Origin: Chloroflexota bacterium
GTDB taxonomy: Bacteria > Chloroflexota > Dehalococcoidia > DSTF01 > JACRBR01
Assembly: GCA_031400455.1 (NCBI GenBank)
Contig: JANNPX010000010.1
Span: 32,054 to 96,053 of the forward strand
Direction of reading: 5' to 3'
Length of the DNA: 64,000 nt
A program made the translations under genes and the position numbers. Of the stretch, positions 1 through 9,749 are shown one piece after another. The stretch's first letter is position 1; every line of letters begins with the position of its first letter. The notes under the pieces were generated by a model. The model was not told where the DNA came from, did no database searches, and saw nothing but the letters and a program-made list of their open reading frames with translations.

Positions 1-86
1 ATGGGAGTGCGGTGCCACGCGCGTCGCGGCTGGTTCGAGTCTGATCTACGCTTCTCGCACCGGGCTGACGAATGAGGAGGCACTTC

Positions 87-617
87 ATGGACCGCACGCA
101 GATCGAGATCAAGCTGAACAAGGATCGGGCGTGGCTGCTCGCGACGGTTGCGGCGTTGTCGGCGCACGATCTGCAGCGAGGCGCGACGGCGAGCGAGCAC
201 GACCCCGGCATGATGTGGAGCGCGAAGGATCACCTCGCGCATTTGGCAGGCATCGAGAAGAACTTCGTCGCGATGATCCGCAAGCATCTGGCGGGCGATC
301 CGAACCCCGTCGCGTTGCGGAGCAACCCCGACGGCACGGTGCGCACGATGGAGCAGGTGATGGCGGTCGTGCACGAGATGACGGAGCGCTGGGTGGTAGA
401 GCATCGCGACAAGTCGTTGAGCGAGGTTGTTGCGCTCGGGGAAGCGGCGCGCGCCGAGACGCTCGCGTTGATGGCGGAACTGACGGACGAGCAGCTTGCG
501 GAGAAGCTGCCGGGAGCGCCGTGGTCGGACGGCACGATCGGCGGGGTGATCAGCGTGAACGCAGATCACGGTCGGATGCACTGGCAGTGGGCGAGCGAGG
601 GGCTGGGGATCGGGTAG
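87..617 (+). CDS. DinB/DUF664 (DinB_2) family protein
   Basis: ORF 72..617. An internal ATG at 87 is preceded by a GGAGG RBS. Conserved His-containing DinB-like four-helix motifs (HLAHL...H). One of 5 paralogs in the window. Confidence 0.55.
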   Translation: MDRTQIEIKLNKDRAWLLATVAALSAHDLQRGATASEHDPGMMWSAKDHLAHLAGIEKNFVAMIRKHLAGDPNPVALRSNPDGTVRTMEQVMAVVHEMTERWVVEHRDKSLSEVVALGEAARAETLALMAELTDEQLAEKLPGAPWSDGTIGGVISVNADHGRMHWQWASEGLGIG

Positions 618-724
618 GTCGTCGGTTGTAGGGGCAGGCGGATTGATGTCGCGCGCCGCCCACGAGCATCGAGCCCGATCGGGGAAGATGCTTCGCTTTG
701 CTCTGCATGACAATGTGGGCGCGC

Positions 725-1198
725 TTAGCCGCCGGGCTGGGCGCCGGGGACTACGTCTTGAACCGTGATCTGGGTGGCGATGAGTTGATCGCCGCGGTCA
801 TTCAACTCACCTGATGCGACGATGCGGTCGGACGTGCGGATGTCCTTGAAGGCGATCTTGCCGCCGGTGGCTTTGCGGATCGTGGTGGTGGACTCCACGG
901 CGATTTGCGTGACGGAGGCGCCGGAAAGGCGCTTGATCTCGATCACGTTGCCGCTGACGTTGACGGCGCCAACGATGCCGGCAACTTCGGCCTTGTCACC
1001 GGACGGCGATGCGCTCGCAGCCGGCTTCGTTGCGGCAGGGGTCGATGCCGCTGAAGTTGATGCGGACGTCGCTGCGGCCGATGCGCCGGCGGCCGGCGTG
1101 GCGGGCTTCGCCGTCGGATCGGGCTTGGCGTCATCGCCGCACGCGCCGGATGCGGCGAGCGCGATGAGGACGAGCGTTGTCGCGATGAGGTTTCGCAT
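725..1198 (-). CDS. hypothetical secreted lipoprotein (Ala/Pro/Thr-rich linker plus beta-rich C-terminal domain)
   Basis: N-terminal signal peptide with lipobox (LIALAASGAC), a low-complexity linker and a C-terminal domain of about 90 aa. Confidence 0.5.
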   Translation of the reverse strand: MRNLIATTLVLIALAASGACGDDAKPDPTAKPATPAAGASAAATSASTSAASTPAATKPAASASPSGDKAEVAGIVGAVNVSGNVIEIKRLSGASVTQIAVESTTTIRKATGGKIAFKDIRTSDRIVASGELNDRGDQLIATQITVQDVVPGAQPGG

Positions 1199-1257
1199 CG
1201 AGCGGCAGCGTAGCGGAAATCGATCGCCGCTGCGAGGCGGACGGTCGATGCTACGAG

Positions 1258-2157
1258 CTATGACTCCTCCGGACGGATCAGCATGACGGGCGCTTTGCCG
1301 TGGAGCATGCGGTCGGCGGTGCTGCCGAGAGCGGAGCGCAAGATGCCGGCGCGCGCGTGCGTCGCCATCACGACGAGGTCGATCGCCTGCTTCTCGACGA
1401 CATCGAGCAGTCCGTCGGTGACCGCGCCACGCACCACGAATGCATCGACGGGCGGCTTACCCTTGAAGTCTTCTTCGATACGCCGGAGGTATGCCTTCGC
1501 GCCGGACTCCAACTCGTCGTCGATCTGCGGGATGTAGGCGTCCGGCAGGCTGTACGGGTACGCCTGCACGGCCCATCGCACGCCGCGCACGAGGCTGACC
1601 TTTGCGCCGAGCGCGGTGGCCAACGATTTCGCGGCGGGCAGCGCCTCCTCGGCCTGCGCTGATCCATCGAGCGGCACCATCAGGTGCTTGATCGCGACGC
1701 CCTGTGTCGAGCGGGGACGCGCTTCCGGACCGACGGCGACGATCGGCACGTGCGCCGAGTGGATGAGGCGCCCGGCGGTGCTGCCGTACACCCAGCGCCC
1801 CACGCCGGAGCGTCCGTGCGTTGCGATGACGAGCATGCGCGCGCCCGTTTCCTCGACGACCTTGAGGATTTCCGCTGACGCTTCACCGGCGCGGACGATG
1901 TCGCGCGTGCCCTGGATGTGGCTGTATCGCTCGCGGATGCCGTTGAGGTAGGTGGCGAAGTATTCGTTCGCGTGCTTCTCGATATCGACGGCGACGGCGG
2001 GGAGCGCGGTGCCGAGGGAGCTGTCGGTGCCTTCCCAGGCGGTGACGAGCACGAGATGCGTGCGTAACGCTTCGGCTAGCGCAGCCGCGTACGGTAGCGC
2101 GGTTTCAGCGAGCTCTGAGCCGTCCAACGGGACGACGATTGGACCTTGTTCGCGCAT
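1258..2157 (-). CDS. universal stress protein (tandem UspA domains)
   Basis: Two Usp-like halves (PIVVPLDGSELAE..., MLVIATHGRSG..., DLVVMATHARAG). GAAGGAGG RBS upstream of the ATG at 2157. Confidence 0.8.
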   Translation of the reverse strand: MREQGPIVVPLDGSELAETALPYAAALAEALRTHLVLVTAWEGTDSSLGTALPAVAVDIEKHANEYFATYLNGIRERYSHIQGTRDIVRAGEASAEILKVVEETGARMLVIATHGRSGVGRWVYGSTAGRLIHSAHVPIVAVGPEARPRSTQGVAIKHLMVPLDGSAQAEEALPAAKSLATALGAKVSLVRGVRWAVQAYPYSLPDAYIPQIDDELESGAKAYLRRIEEDFKGKPPVDAFVVRGAVTDGLLDVVEKQAIDLVVMATHARAGILRSALGSTADRMLHGKAPVMLIRPEES

Positions 2158-2251
2158 GACCCCTCCTTCGAACTACCGGTAGTGTAGAACTTCCGGTGGC
2201 TTCAGCGGTGGACGAATGGCACGGCGGCGGCAGGCCGATCGGGCCTGCGCA

Positions 2252-2860
2252 TCACCGGAGGCGCAGCTTTTCGATGACCGTCCAGCCGGCCGGCACGGCC
2301 AGCGATGCCGCGACGAGCTTCGCAAGGTCGCCGGCGATGAAGGGCCAGAGGCCGTAGTCGAGCGTCGTCCTCCAGTTGATCGGGATGCCGACGACGGAGA
2401 ACTGCTGGTGCAGCCAGATGAGGCCCGGAACGTAGATGACGGCGTTCGCGAGCAGCATCGGAAAGACGATGCCGCGGGAGCGGTCCCAGCCGCGCTCGGC
2501 GAACCAGCCGACGACGTAGGCAGCGAGGATGAAGCCGAAGATGTAGCCGCCGGATGCCGTCGCGATGGCGCTGATGCCGCCGAGGCCGTTCGAGAATACG
2601 GGCATGCCGGCGGCGCCTTCGGCGAGGTAGGCGATCATCGTCGCCGCGCCGAGGCGGCTGCCGTAGAGGGCGCCGATGAGCAGCACGGCGAACGTCTGGC
2701 CGGTGACGGGGACCGTGCTAAACGAGAACTGGTGACTGAACCGCGCGGATATCGCCATGAGTGCTGAACCGGCGGCGATGAGAATGATGTTGGTGACCCA
2801 GGACTCGGGGATGATGCGCGCCGACAGGGTGTTGCGGCGCAGGGTAGCTGCCTGCTGCAC
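2252..2860 (-). CDS. bioY: biotin transporter BioY (ECF S-component)
   Basis: Multi-TM protein of about 200 aa with BioY-like motifs. Lies immediately downstream of bioB on the same strand. Confidence 0.8.
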   Translation of the reverse strand: MQQAATLRRNTLSARIIPESWVTNIILIAAGSALMAISARFSHQFSFSTVPVTGQTFAVLLIGALYGSRLGAATMIAYLAEGAAGMPVFSNGLGGISAIATASGGYIFGFILAAYVVGWFAERGWDRSRGIVFPMLLANAVIYVPGLIWLHQQFSVVGIPINWRTTLDYGLWPFIAGDLAKLVAASLAVPAGWTVIEKLRLR

Positions 2861-2995
2861 GATGGTCCTCCGTTGTTGGTGACTGGTGACTGGTGGTTGC
2901 GAGCATGGTTGTAGATGTGGGCGCAGGTGGCAATAGTGCGATTGGACTATTGCGCGGTTGGAGGTGGAGGTCAGAGGTCGGAGGAAGACGCAAGG

Positions 2996-4048
2996 CTATC
3001 CGGGGCCGAGGCGCTCGCCGCGGGACTTGAGGGTCACGCCGTGATCGGTGGATTCCGGTGGCGGTGCGTCCGCCGCGGCGCCGAGGATCTCGAATCCTAG
3101 GTCGCGGATCATGGCGAGGTCGTCTTCGGGGCGCTGGCCCTTTGCGGTGAGGTAGTCGCCGATGAAGATGGAGTTGGCGACGAGCAGTCCCATCGGCTGG
3201 AGTGATCGCAGGTGGTGTTCGCGGCCGCCGGCGATGCGGAGTTCGGCCTGCGGCGACGTCATGCGCATGAGGCTGAGGATTTTCAGGCAACGCGGCGGCG
3301 TCAGCGACCAGCGGTCGGCCATCGGTGTGCCGGGGATGGGGATGAGGAAGTTCACGGGGATCGAGTCGGAGCCGATCGCGCGCAGTGCCTGCGCGACCTG
3401 CACGATGTCTTCGTCGGTCTCGCCCATGCCGAAGAGCGCGCCGCAACACGGCGACAGGCCGGCCTCCTTCACGACGCCGACGGTCTGGACGCGGTCGTCG
3501 TATGTGTGGGTCTCGCAGATCTCGGAGTAGAAGTTCTCGCTGGTGTTGAGGTTGTGGTTGTAGGCGAAGACGCCGGCGTCCTTCAGCTCCGCCGCCTGAT
3601 GCGGTTCGAGCAGGCCGAGGCAAGCGCAGATCTCGGCGTCGGGCAGCTCGCTGCGCACTTCGCGCACGGCGGTGGCGATGTGCGCGACATCGGCGTCGCT
3701 GGGGCCGCGGCCGGACGCCACCATGCAGACGCGGCGCGCGCCGAATTCGTGGCCGCGGCGTGCTGACGCGAGGATCTCGCCACCGGAGAGCAGGTTGTAC
3801 TTGTCGATGGGCGCTTTCGAGAGCTTGGACTGCGAGCAGTAGTGGCAGTCCTCGGGGCAGATGCCGCTCTTGATGTTGACGAGGAAGTTCACCTTCACCG
3901 TGTTGCCGAAGTAGCGGCGCCGAAGCGTGTGCGCGGCCGCAACGATCGCTGGCATCTCCGTATCGGGAGCGCGCAGGATCGCCAGCGATTCGTCGGTCGT
4001 GGGCGGCGTGCCGGCGAGGGCGCGGTCGGCGATTGCAGTCCAGTCCAT
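2996..4048 (-). CDS. bioB: biotin synthase BioB (radical SAM)
   Basis: CxxxCxxC radical-SAM motif (CPEDCHYCSQ). BioB-typical YNHNLNTSENFY and second-cluster Cys residues. Confidence 0.9.
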   Translation of the reverse strand: MDWTAIADRALAGTPPTTDESLAILRAPDTEMPAIVAAAHTLRRRYFGNTVKVNFLVNIKSGICPEDCHYCSQSKLSKAPIDKYNLLSGGEILASARRGHEFGARRVCMVASGRGPSDADVAHIATAVREVRSELPDAEICACLGLLEPHQAAELKDAGVFAYNHNLNTSENFYSEICETHTYDDRVQTVGVVKEAGLSPCCGALFGMGETDEDIVQVAQALRAIGSDSIPVNFLIPIPGTPMADRWSLTPPRCLKILSLMRMTSPQAELRIAGGREHHLRSLQPMGLLVANSIFIGDYLTAKGQRPEDDLAMIRDLGFEILGAAADAPPPESTDHGVTLKSRGERLGPG

Positions 4049-4205
4049 GGGGGCAGTGTTCGGGACGGGTGCGGGAGGATCAAGTTCCGCGGGTACGGGA
4101 CGACGCTAGTGGAGAGAGCCTTGCGATGAGCTTGACATCCATTCGGGCGGCGGGCTTATGCTACGAATCAATATGTTACATCGAGTATTCGACGTGCGTC
4201 GAACG

Positions 4206-5756
4206 ATGATGCTCGTCGGAGCGATGACGATAGCGAGTGTGCTGTCGGCCATCGCCTGCACGGAGGGCTACAGCCCAGCCGAACAGACCGCCACGGTCGT
4301 CGCAGGAAACGCAACACCTCTTGCGGAGCCCACCGAAGTGGTCGAGTCGACGCCGATTGCTGGTCTGACGGATACGGGTTACGAGGCACCGGATGGGTCG
4401 CCATTGTATGCCGAATGTGTTGGCAACAACCCCGTCACTGGGACTAAGCTCCCCTTGCCGCCGCCAGACTATCCGAAGGCGTCAACTGCATCAGAGCCGC
4501 GGTCGGCCTCGTCTGCGTTAGCGGTACCCACCGAGGCGCGCCCGCAAGACTCAGACTTGCCGTCATTCGACGTTCTCAGCGTACAGCCGTCGGACGCGTC
4601 GCAGTGGGCGCGCGTCGGCACGCCTTGCGTGGGCGGGTTGAGCTTCGGCGTGCCACCAGACTGGACGGCGCTGCACGACTTCGGCGTAGGTGGCTATCAG
4701 CAGTCAGCGTCGGCGATGTTTCGTTCAGCCGACGGCGCTGTGAAGGTCGACTTGGTCTACAGCTATTCGCCGATTGACAGGCTCGCCCAAGGCGCGAACA
4801 TGGCACAAGGCAACGGATCCTATCTGCTCGCGGCGAATACCGCCGTAACCATCGGCGGTGCGCCTGGGATCTTCACGGTATCGTCGGACCTCGTTGAGTC
4901 TCCTAGGCGTTACATCACGGTGTGGTACCTCGTTAGCCCGCGGGCGAACTGGTACTTGAGCATCTCGGCCTTCTTCGACCGGCCGTACAAACAGCCATCA
5001 TTCGCCGATTTCTATGGCCTCATCGATAGCCTGCGGTTCCGTGAGCCAGCGCTGATTGCCGGTCTCACAGATACGGGTTACGAGGCGCCGGACGGTTCGC
5101 CGCTGTACGCCGAGTGTGTTGGTGAAGATCCGCTTACCGGCGCCAAACTCGCCCTTCCGCCCGTGTACCCGACTCCGCCGCCCCCGACGACACCGATCAT
5201 CGCGACGCCCCCTCAGCCGCCGGCGCAGAACGCAACCACACCCAGCCCGGACGAGCTCCCGAGTTTTGACTTCGACGCCGTCGCCTCGGCCGCTCCGTCC
5301 GCATGGATCAGCGCTAACAGCCCATGCTACGGGCTCTCCGCGGCAGTACCGCCCTCCTGGCAGGCGCAGGCGAACAACTTCAGGTCGCTTGGGTACCAGC
5401 AGGGGACGGGCGCCACGTTCTACGCACCGTCGGAAGGACTGAAGATTCAGCTGACATACACGAATAGCACGTCGGATCGGATCGCGTCATCTCGACATCC
5501 AGGGGCCGATCCTTCGTTCGGCAACGGTTCTTTTCTACTCATCCGGGATCGCGACATCGCGATCGATGGCGCGCCCGGCATCCTCGTATACACGTCCGAC
5601 CGAGGATTCGGAGCACCATACGTGAATCTCACCTACGTCGTGTCCCCGAAACCGAACTGGTTCCTGTTCATTTCGGCGTCCTTCTCCCAGCCCTACAGCG
5701 AGCAGGCATTTCGCGAACTCAAGGGGTTCGTCGAGACGCTTAGAGTCGCGAAGTAA
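4206..5756 (+). CDS. secreted lipoprotein with two homologous ~240-aa domains (internal tandem duplication); function unknown
   Basis: ORF 4158..5756. An internal M at 4206 gives lipoprotein signal MMLVGAMTIASVLSAIAC. The block IAGLTDTGYEAPDGSPLYAECVG..P.TG.KL.LPP occurs twice (around aa 60 and aa 295), each followed by a similar domain. Confidence 0.6.
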   Translation: MMLVGAMTIASVLSAIACTEGYSPAEQTATVVAGNATPLAEPTEVVESTPIAGLTDTGYEAPDGSPLYAECVGNNPVTGTKLPLPPPDYPKASTASEPRSASSALAVPTEARPQDSDLPSFDVLSVQPSDASQWARVGTPCVGGLSFGVPPDWTALHDFGVGGYQQSASAMFRSADGAVKVDLVYSYSPIDRLAQGANMAQGNGSYLLAANTAVTIGGAPGIFTVSSDLVESPRRYITVWYLVSPRANWYLSISAFFDRPYKQPSFADFYGLIDSLRFREPALIAGLTDTGYEAPDGSPLYAECVGEDPLTGAKLALPPVYPTPPPPTTPIIATPPQPPAQNATTPSPDELPSFDFDAVASAAPSAWISANSPCYGLSAAVPPSWQAQANNFRSLGYQQGTGATFYAPSEGLKIQLTYTNSTSDRIASSRHPGADPSFGNGSFLLIRDRDIAIDGAPGILVYTSDRGFGAPYVNLTYVVSPKPNWFLFISASFSQPYSEQAFRELKGFVETLRVAK

Positions 5757-6113
5757 GCGGGTCGCTCTCCTCGGCGTCATCGCCGCGATCACCTTCTCTG
5801 CCCGACTGCTCGGGTTTACCCACGCCCCCTTAGCAACTCGTCCTCGCAACAATGGCCGATGCACTTGTTGCAGAAACGACGAAGCCAGCGTCAACGCTGG
5901 TGGCGGGGATGACGCTGGCTTCCGTCTGGTTGGAGGGGATAGGTTGGCGGCTCTCCCCACGTACACAATCGGACGGGGTGCCGGTTTCCGAAGGGCTTGG
6001 TGGAGATTGTCATCCGGAATATGGCACGCGGGCTTGCGGGCAGTGAGCCGATAGCTTCTTGCTACAATGCGCCCGGTTGGCGGAGGCGTGATTGAGGTGG
6101 CTGTGATCCCCGC

Positions 6114-7169
6114 ATGAAGTGGTTACCAAGCGCGGAGACCAGGGCCGCGGTCCTGAAACACCCGTTCTTTCTCGCCGGCCTGGCTGTCGTCGGGCTTCTG
6201 AGCGTGACTGCGGCGGTGCTTGTCATCGCGGACAGCGTGCGCGGCGACTCGAACGTCAAAACGCCTGCCGTCGTTGTGTCGCCGGTAAGCAGCACCACGG
6301 CCGGTGCAACCAGCAAGACTGCCACCGCATCGGGCGTTTCCGGCACCACAAACAAGGTGGCGGCCGTCCGCTCGGCCCCAGGTGCCCGCACTCCCGTCCT
6401 GGGGTCGTTGCCGAACAACAGCGATGTCGAGATCGACGGGCGGACGACGGACGCCAAGTGGCTGCGGGTGGTGTTCCCCCCGAACTCGTCACTGCACGGC
6501 TGGATAGATGCGACGGATCTCAACATCATCGGGGATCCGGCGAGGCTTGTCGTCGCGACGGCGGAGCCGGCGGTGATCGTCGAGTTGCCGACGGAGCCAC
6601 CGGCCGTGCTGACCGCGATCGCGCTGACGCAGACGTCGCTCGCGGGCGCGACGGTGACGACCACGTCGACGCCGGCAGGCGGGAACCTGCCCGATCTGGC
6701 GATCGACGGGACGACGGTCTCGAACGGCAAGCTGTTCATCACGGTGGTGAACCAGGGTAAGGGCGAGATGAAGGGCGACCTCGTCGTCGCAGTCTTCAAC
6801 GGTGACGGTGACAAGTTGCTGGGCGGAGCGACGCTGCCGAAGTTCACGCTGGCGCCGGGCCGGAGCATTGATGTTGGCACCGGATTTATCGTGAGCGAGG
6901 ATCAGTCGCTGTTCCTCGTCGTCGACCCGAACGGCACGATCGCGGAGACCAACGACAACAACAACAACCGCACGGTATCGATCGCGCTGGGCCAGCCCGT
7001 GAGCACGCCACTGCTCGGCCAGGCGACGCCGACGCCGGACATCCCGGCGACGCTGATCGCGCTCGCGACTGCGACGGCCGAGGCCGCCCAGGCTGCATCG
7101 ACGCCGGACATCCCCGCGACGCTCATCGCCCTTGCGACCCAGACGGCGGAAGCCGAAGCTGGGCAATAG
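6114..7169 (+). CDS. membrane-anchored protein with SH3b-like and CARDB-like domains and a C-terminal 23-aa duplicated segment
   Basis: N-terminal TM anchor. SH3_3-like segment (DVEIDGRTTDAKWLRVVFPPNSSLHGWIDATDL). CARDB-like Ig domain (FITVVNQGKGEM...NDNNNNRTVSI). 69-bp tandem duplication at about 7030-7167. Confidence 0.55.
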   Translation: MKWLPSAETRAAVLKHPFFLAGLAVVGLLSVTAAVLVIADSVRGDSNVKTPAVVVSPVSSTTAGATSKTATASGVSGTTNKVAAVRSAPGARTPVLGSLPNNSDVEIDGRTTDAKWLRVVFPPNSSLHGWIDATDLNIIGDPARLVVATAEPAVIVELPTEPPAVLTAIALTQTSLAGATVTTTSTPAGGNLPDLAIDGTTVSNGKLFITVVNQGKGEMKGDLVVAVFNGDGDKLLGGATLPKFTLAPGRSIDVGTGFIVSEDQSLFLVVDPNGTIAETNDNNNNRTVSIALGQPVSTPLLGQATPTPDIPATLIALATATAEAAQAASTPDIPATLIALATQTAEAEAGQ

Positions 7170-7282
7170 CGGGTGACGGCGGCTTGTGGCGGGGGCCCGC
7201 GGCGGGCGAGTACAATGGGCCGATTCCGATTGTCAGATGGTTCATAGGCCCGCGCGAACGCACGGTGAGGATCACCGGACGC

Positions 7283-7786
7283 ATGACGGCACCACAACTC
7301 CGGTCCGGCTTGAAGAACAGCCGCGAACGCCTCTTCTCCTCGATCCGCGGATTGAGCGAGGAGCAGTTTCGTTTCGTGCCTGCGGGCGAGACGTACTCGA
7401 TCGCGACGCACCTGGCGCACCTGTTGCGGACGGAGCGCGTGTTCACCGAACGCGCTCGGGTGGGGCTCACCGAGCACGAGCCGTTTGTGGCGAGTAGCGC
7501 GGTCAGTAACGACGACGATCCCGGACTGGCGCAGCATCTCGCGGTGCCGCAGATCATCCACGGATTGCTCAATACACGGCGCGAACTTGACGAGTTGCTG
7601 GCGGGCTGTGGCGAGGCGGCGCTGGAGCGCGCGCTCATCCATGAGCGCATCGGGCGCATGACCGTGCGGGATGTCGTCGTCAAGATGGCTGGGCACGAGG
7701 ACGAGCACGCCGCCGAGGTGGCGAAGCTGGTACGACAAGTCCCGGCATCGGGCCGTGTAATCATCCCCTTGACGCGACGTTCCTAG
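7283..7786 (+). CDS. DinB/DUF664 family protein
   Basis: ORF 7184..7786. The internal Met at 7283 gives a typical ~165-aa DinB_2 protein (HLAHLLRTE...HEDEHAAEV). Confidence 0.55.
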   Translation: MTAPQLRSGLKNSRERLFSSIRGLSEEQFRFVPAGETYSIATHLAHLLRTERVFTERARVGLTEHEPFVASSAVSNDDDPGLAQHLAVPQIIHGLLNTRRELDELLAGCGEAALERALIHERIGRMTVRDVVVKMAGHEDEHAAEVAKLVRQVPASGRVIIPLTRRS

Positions 7787-7799
7787 GATTGGGCTGCAG

Positions 7800-9749
7800 A
7801 TGAGCGACGTAGACGAGATCAAGCAGCGAGTCGACATCGTCGATCTCATCTCGCAGTACGTAACGTTGAAGCGTGCGGGGCGCAGCTATACGGCGGTGTG
7901 CCCCTTCCACACCGAACGTACCCCGTCATTCCACGTCGACCCGACGCGCCAGAGCTGGCACTGCTTTGGGGCTTGCGGGACGGGAGGAGACATCTTCGCG
8001 TTCGTGATGAAGAAGGACGGCGTCGAGTTTCGCGACGCGCTGCAGACGCTCGCTGAGCGGGCAGGCGTGTCGCTGGAATCGCGCCGCGACCCGCAGGAAG
8101 ACACGCGTCGCGCGCGGATGTACGACCTGAACGAGGCCGCGTCCGCGTATTTCCACGCCATGCTGCAGAGCGCCGATGGGCAGTACGCGGCGAAGGCACA
8201 GGTGGCGCGCGACTACCTGTCGGAGCGCCACATGGCGCCGGCGTCGATCGAGATGTTCCAGATCGGGTACGCGCCGAACAGTTGGGACGCGCTGACGGTG
8301 CATCTTACGGGGCGTGGATTCGCGCAGGCGGAGATCGTCACGGCGGGGCTGGCGGTGGATCGCGACAGCGATCGCGGCGCGTACGATCGCTTCCGGCACC
8401 GGTTGATGTTTCCGATCCGCGACGAGCGCGGGCGCGTGGCCGGGTTCGGTGGGCGGCTGTTGCCGGGCGATGCGCTGGGCGCGGGCGACGTGCAGCCGAA
8501 GTATGTGAACACGTCGCAGTCGCCGATCTTCGACAAAGGATCGATCCTCTACGCTCTCGATCTGGCAAAGGACGCGATCCGTACCGAGGAGCAGGCGGTC
8601 ATCGTCGAAGGTTACATGGACGTCATCGCCGCGCATGAGCACGGCTACCGAAACGTCGTCGCATCGATGGGTACGGCGCTGACCGAACGCCAGGTGGCGC
8701 TGCTCAAGCGCTCGACATCCACACTGATCCTCTCACTCGATGCTGACAGTGCGGGCAGTGAAGCGACGATTCGCAGCGCGTACGAGATCATCAACAACAG
8801 CCTGCGGCGCCGGCCCGTGCCGAACTCGCGCGGCATCGTGCGGCAGGTCGATTCTGTGGATATCGACCTGCGTGTGCTTTCGATGCCGGAAGGGCGCGAC
8901 CCGGACGACGTCATCCGCACGAACCCGGAGCAGTGGCGGGAGCTGGTGGCGCAGGCGCAGCCGGTGCTGGATCACCTGTTCAGTGTCGCGGTGGCGCGGC
9001 ACGATCTGACCCAGCCGCGCGAGCGCTCGGCCGCCGCCGCGGAGCTGATGCCGTTCATCGCACTGACGGCGGACCGTGTTGTGCAGTCGCACTACATGCA
9101 GCGGTTGGCGCGCATGGTGCAGGTGGACGAAGCAACACTGCGGCTCGAGATGCGGCAGCCCGTGCAGGCGCGCGCGCGCGCCGCCGAAGCGACGGCAGCG
9201 GTCTCTACGAAGGCCGTCCGCGCACCCAAAGAGGAGTTTTGTCTCGCTTTGCTGTTCCGCTATCCTGAGCTCCGCGACGACGGGGAGGGGCTGGATCCCG
9301 GCCTGTTCGCGCACAGCGAGAACCGCGCGCTGTTCGAGGCATGGATGGTGCAGAACGGGGATGCGGAAGCGTTCGAGCAATCGCTCCCGTCGGATCTGCG
9401 CCCACAGTACGAACGGATCAGCGCGGCGGGCATGCCCGCATACGATGACGAGAACTTGATCAAGGCTCTACGCTCGACGGTGTGGGGGATCGAACAGCAG
9501 CGCTTGCGCAACGCAAAGCGCATGAGCGCGGCTGTGCTGGGCGATCTGGTAGCCGGCAACGGCGCCGAGGTCGCAGAGCAGGCGCGGTCAGCGTGGCAAT
9601 CGGGCGGCGCCGATCTCGCGTACACTGCGGCAGACGACGCCGACCCCGCCCGGGCGTTCGTGGATGACATGGAAGCCGGCCGTCGCGTGCATCAGCGCCT
9701 GCTCGATCAGCATGATGCGGGCCGCCACGCGCCGAGAGGTGGGGAATGA
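7800..9749 (+). CDS. dnaG: DNA primase DnaG
   Basis: Zinc-ribbon [26 protein letters not shown] domain (EGYMDVIA), primase C-terminal region. Confidence 0.9.
   Translation: MSDVDEIKQRVDIVDLISQYVTLKRAGRSYTAVCPFHTERTPSFHVDPTRQSWHCFGACGTGGDIFAFVMKKDGVEFRDALQTLAERAGVSLESRRDPQEDTRRARMYDLNEAASAYFHAMLQSADGQYAAKAQVARDYLSERHMAPASIEMFQIGYAPNSWDALTVHLTGRGFAQAEIVTAGLAVDRDSDRGAYDRFRHRLMFPIRDERGRVAGFGGRLLPGDALGAGDVQPKYVNTSQSPIFDKGSILYALDLAKDAIRTEEQAVIVEGYMDVIAAHEHGYRNVVASMGTALTERQVALLKRSTSTLILSLDADSAGSEATIRSAYEIINNSLRRRPVPNSRGIVRQVDSVDIDLRVLSMPEGRDPDDVIRTNPEQWRELVAQAQPVLDHLFSVAVARHDLTQPRERSAAAAELMPFIALTADRVVQSHYMQRLARMVQVDEATLRLEMRQPVQARARAAEATAAVSTKAVRAPKEEFCLALLFRYPELRDDGEGLDPGLFAHSENRALFEAWMVQNGDAEAFEQSLPSDLRPQYERISAAGMPAYDDENLIKALRSTVWGIEQQRLRNAKRMSAAVLGDLVAGNGAEVAEQARSAWQSGGADLAYTAADDADPARAFVDDMEAGRRVHQRLLDQHDAGRHAPRGGE

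Noticed and set aside
2718-3623. 301-aa ORF antisense to bioB (Arg/Pro-rich)
   Set aside because: It lies entirely inside the strongly supported bioB gene on the opposite strand. Its composition is typical of GC-rich antisense frames with few stop codons.
5535-5966. 143-aa minus-strand ORF overlapping the 3' end of the duplicated-domain lipoprotein gene
   Set aside because: It overlaps a better-supported gene and has no start context. It is probably spurious.
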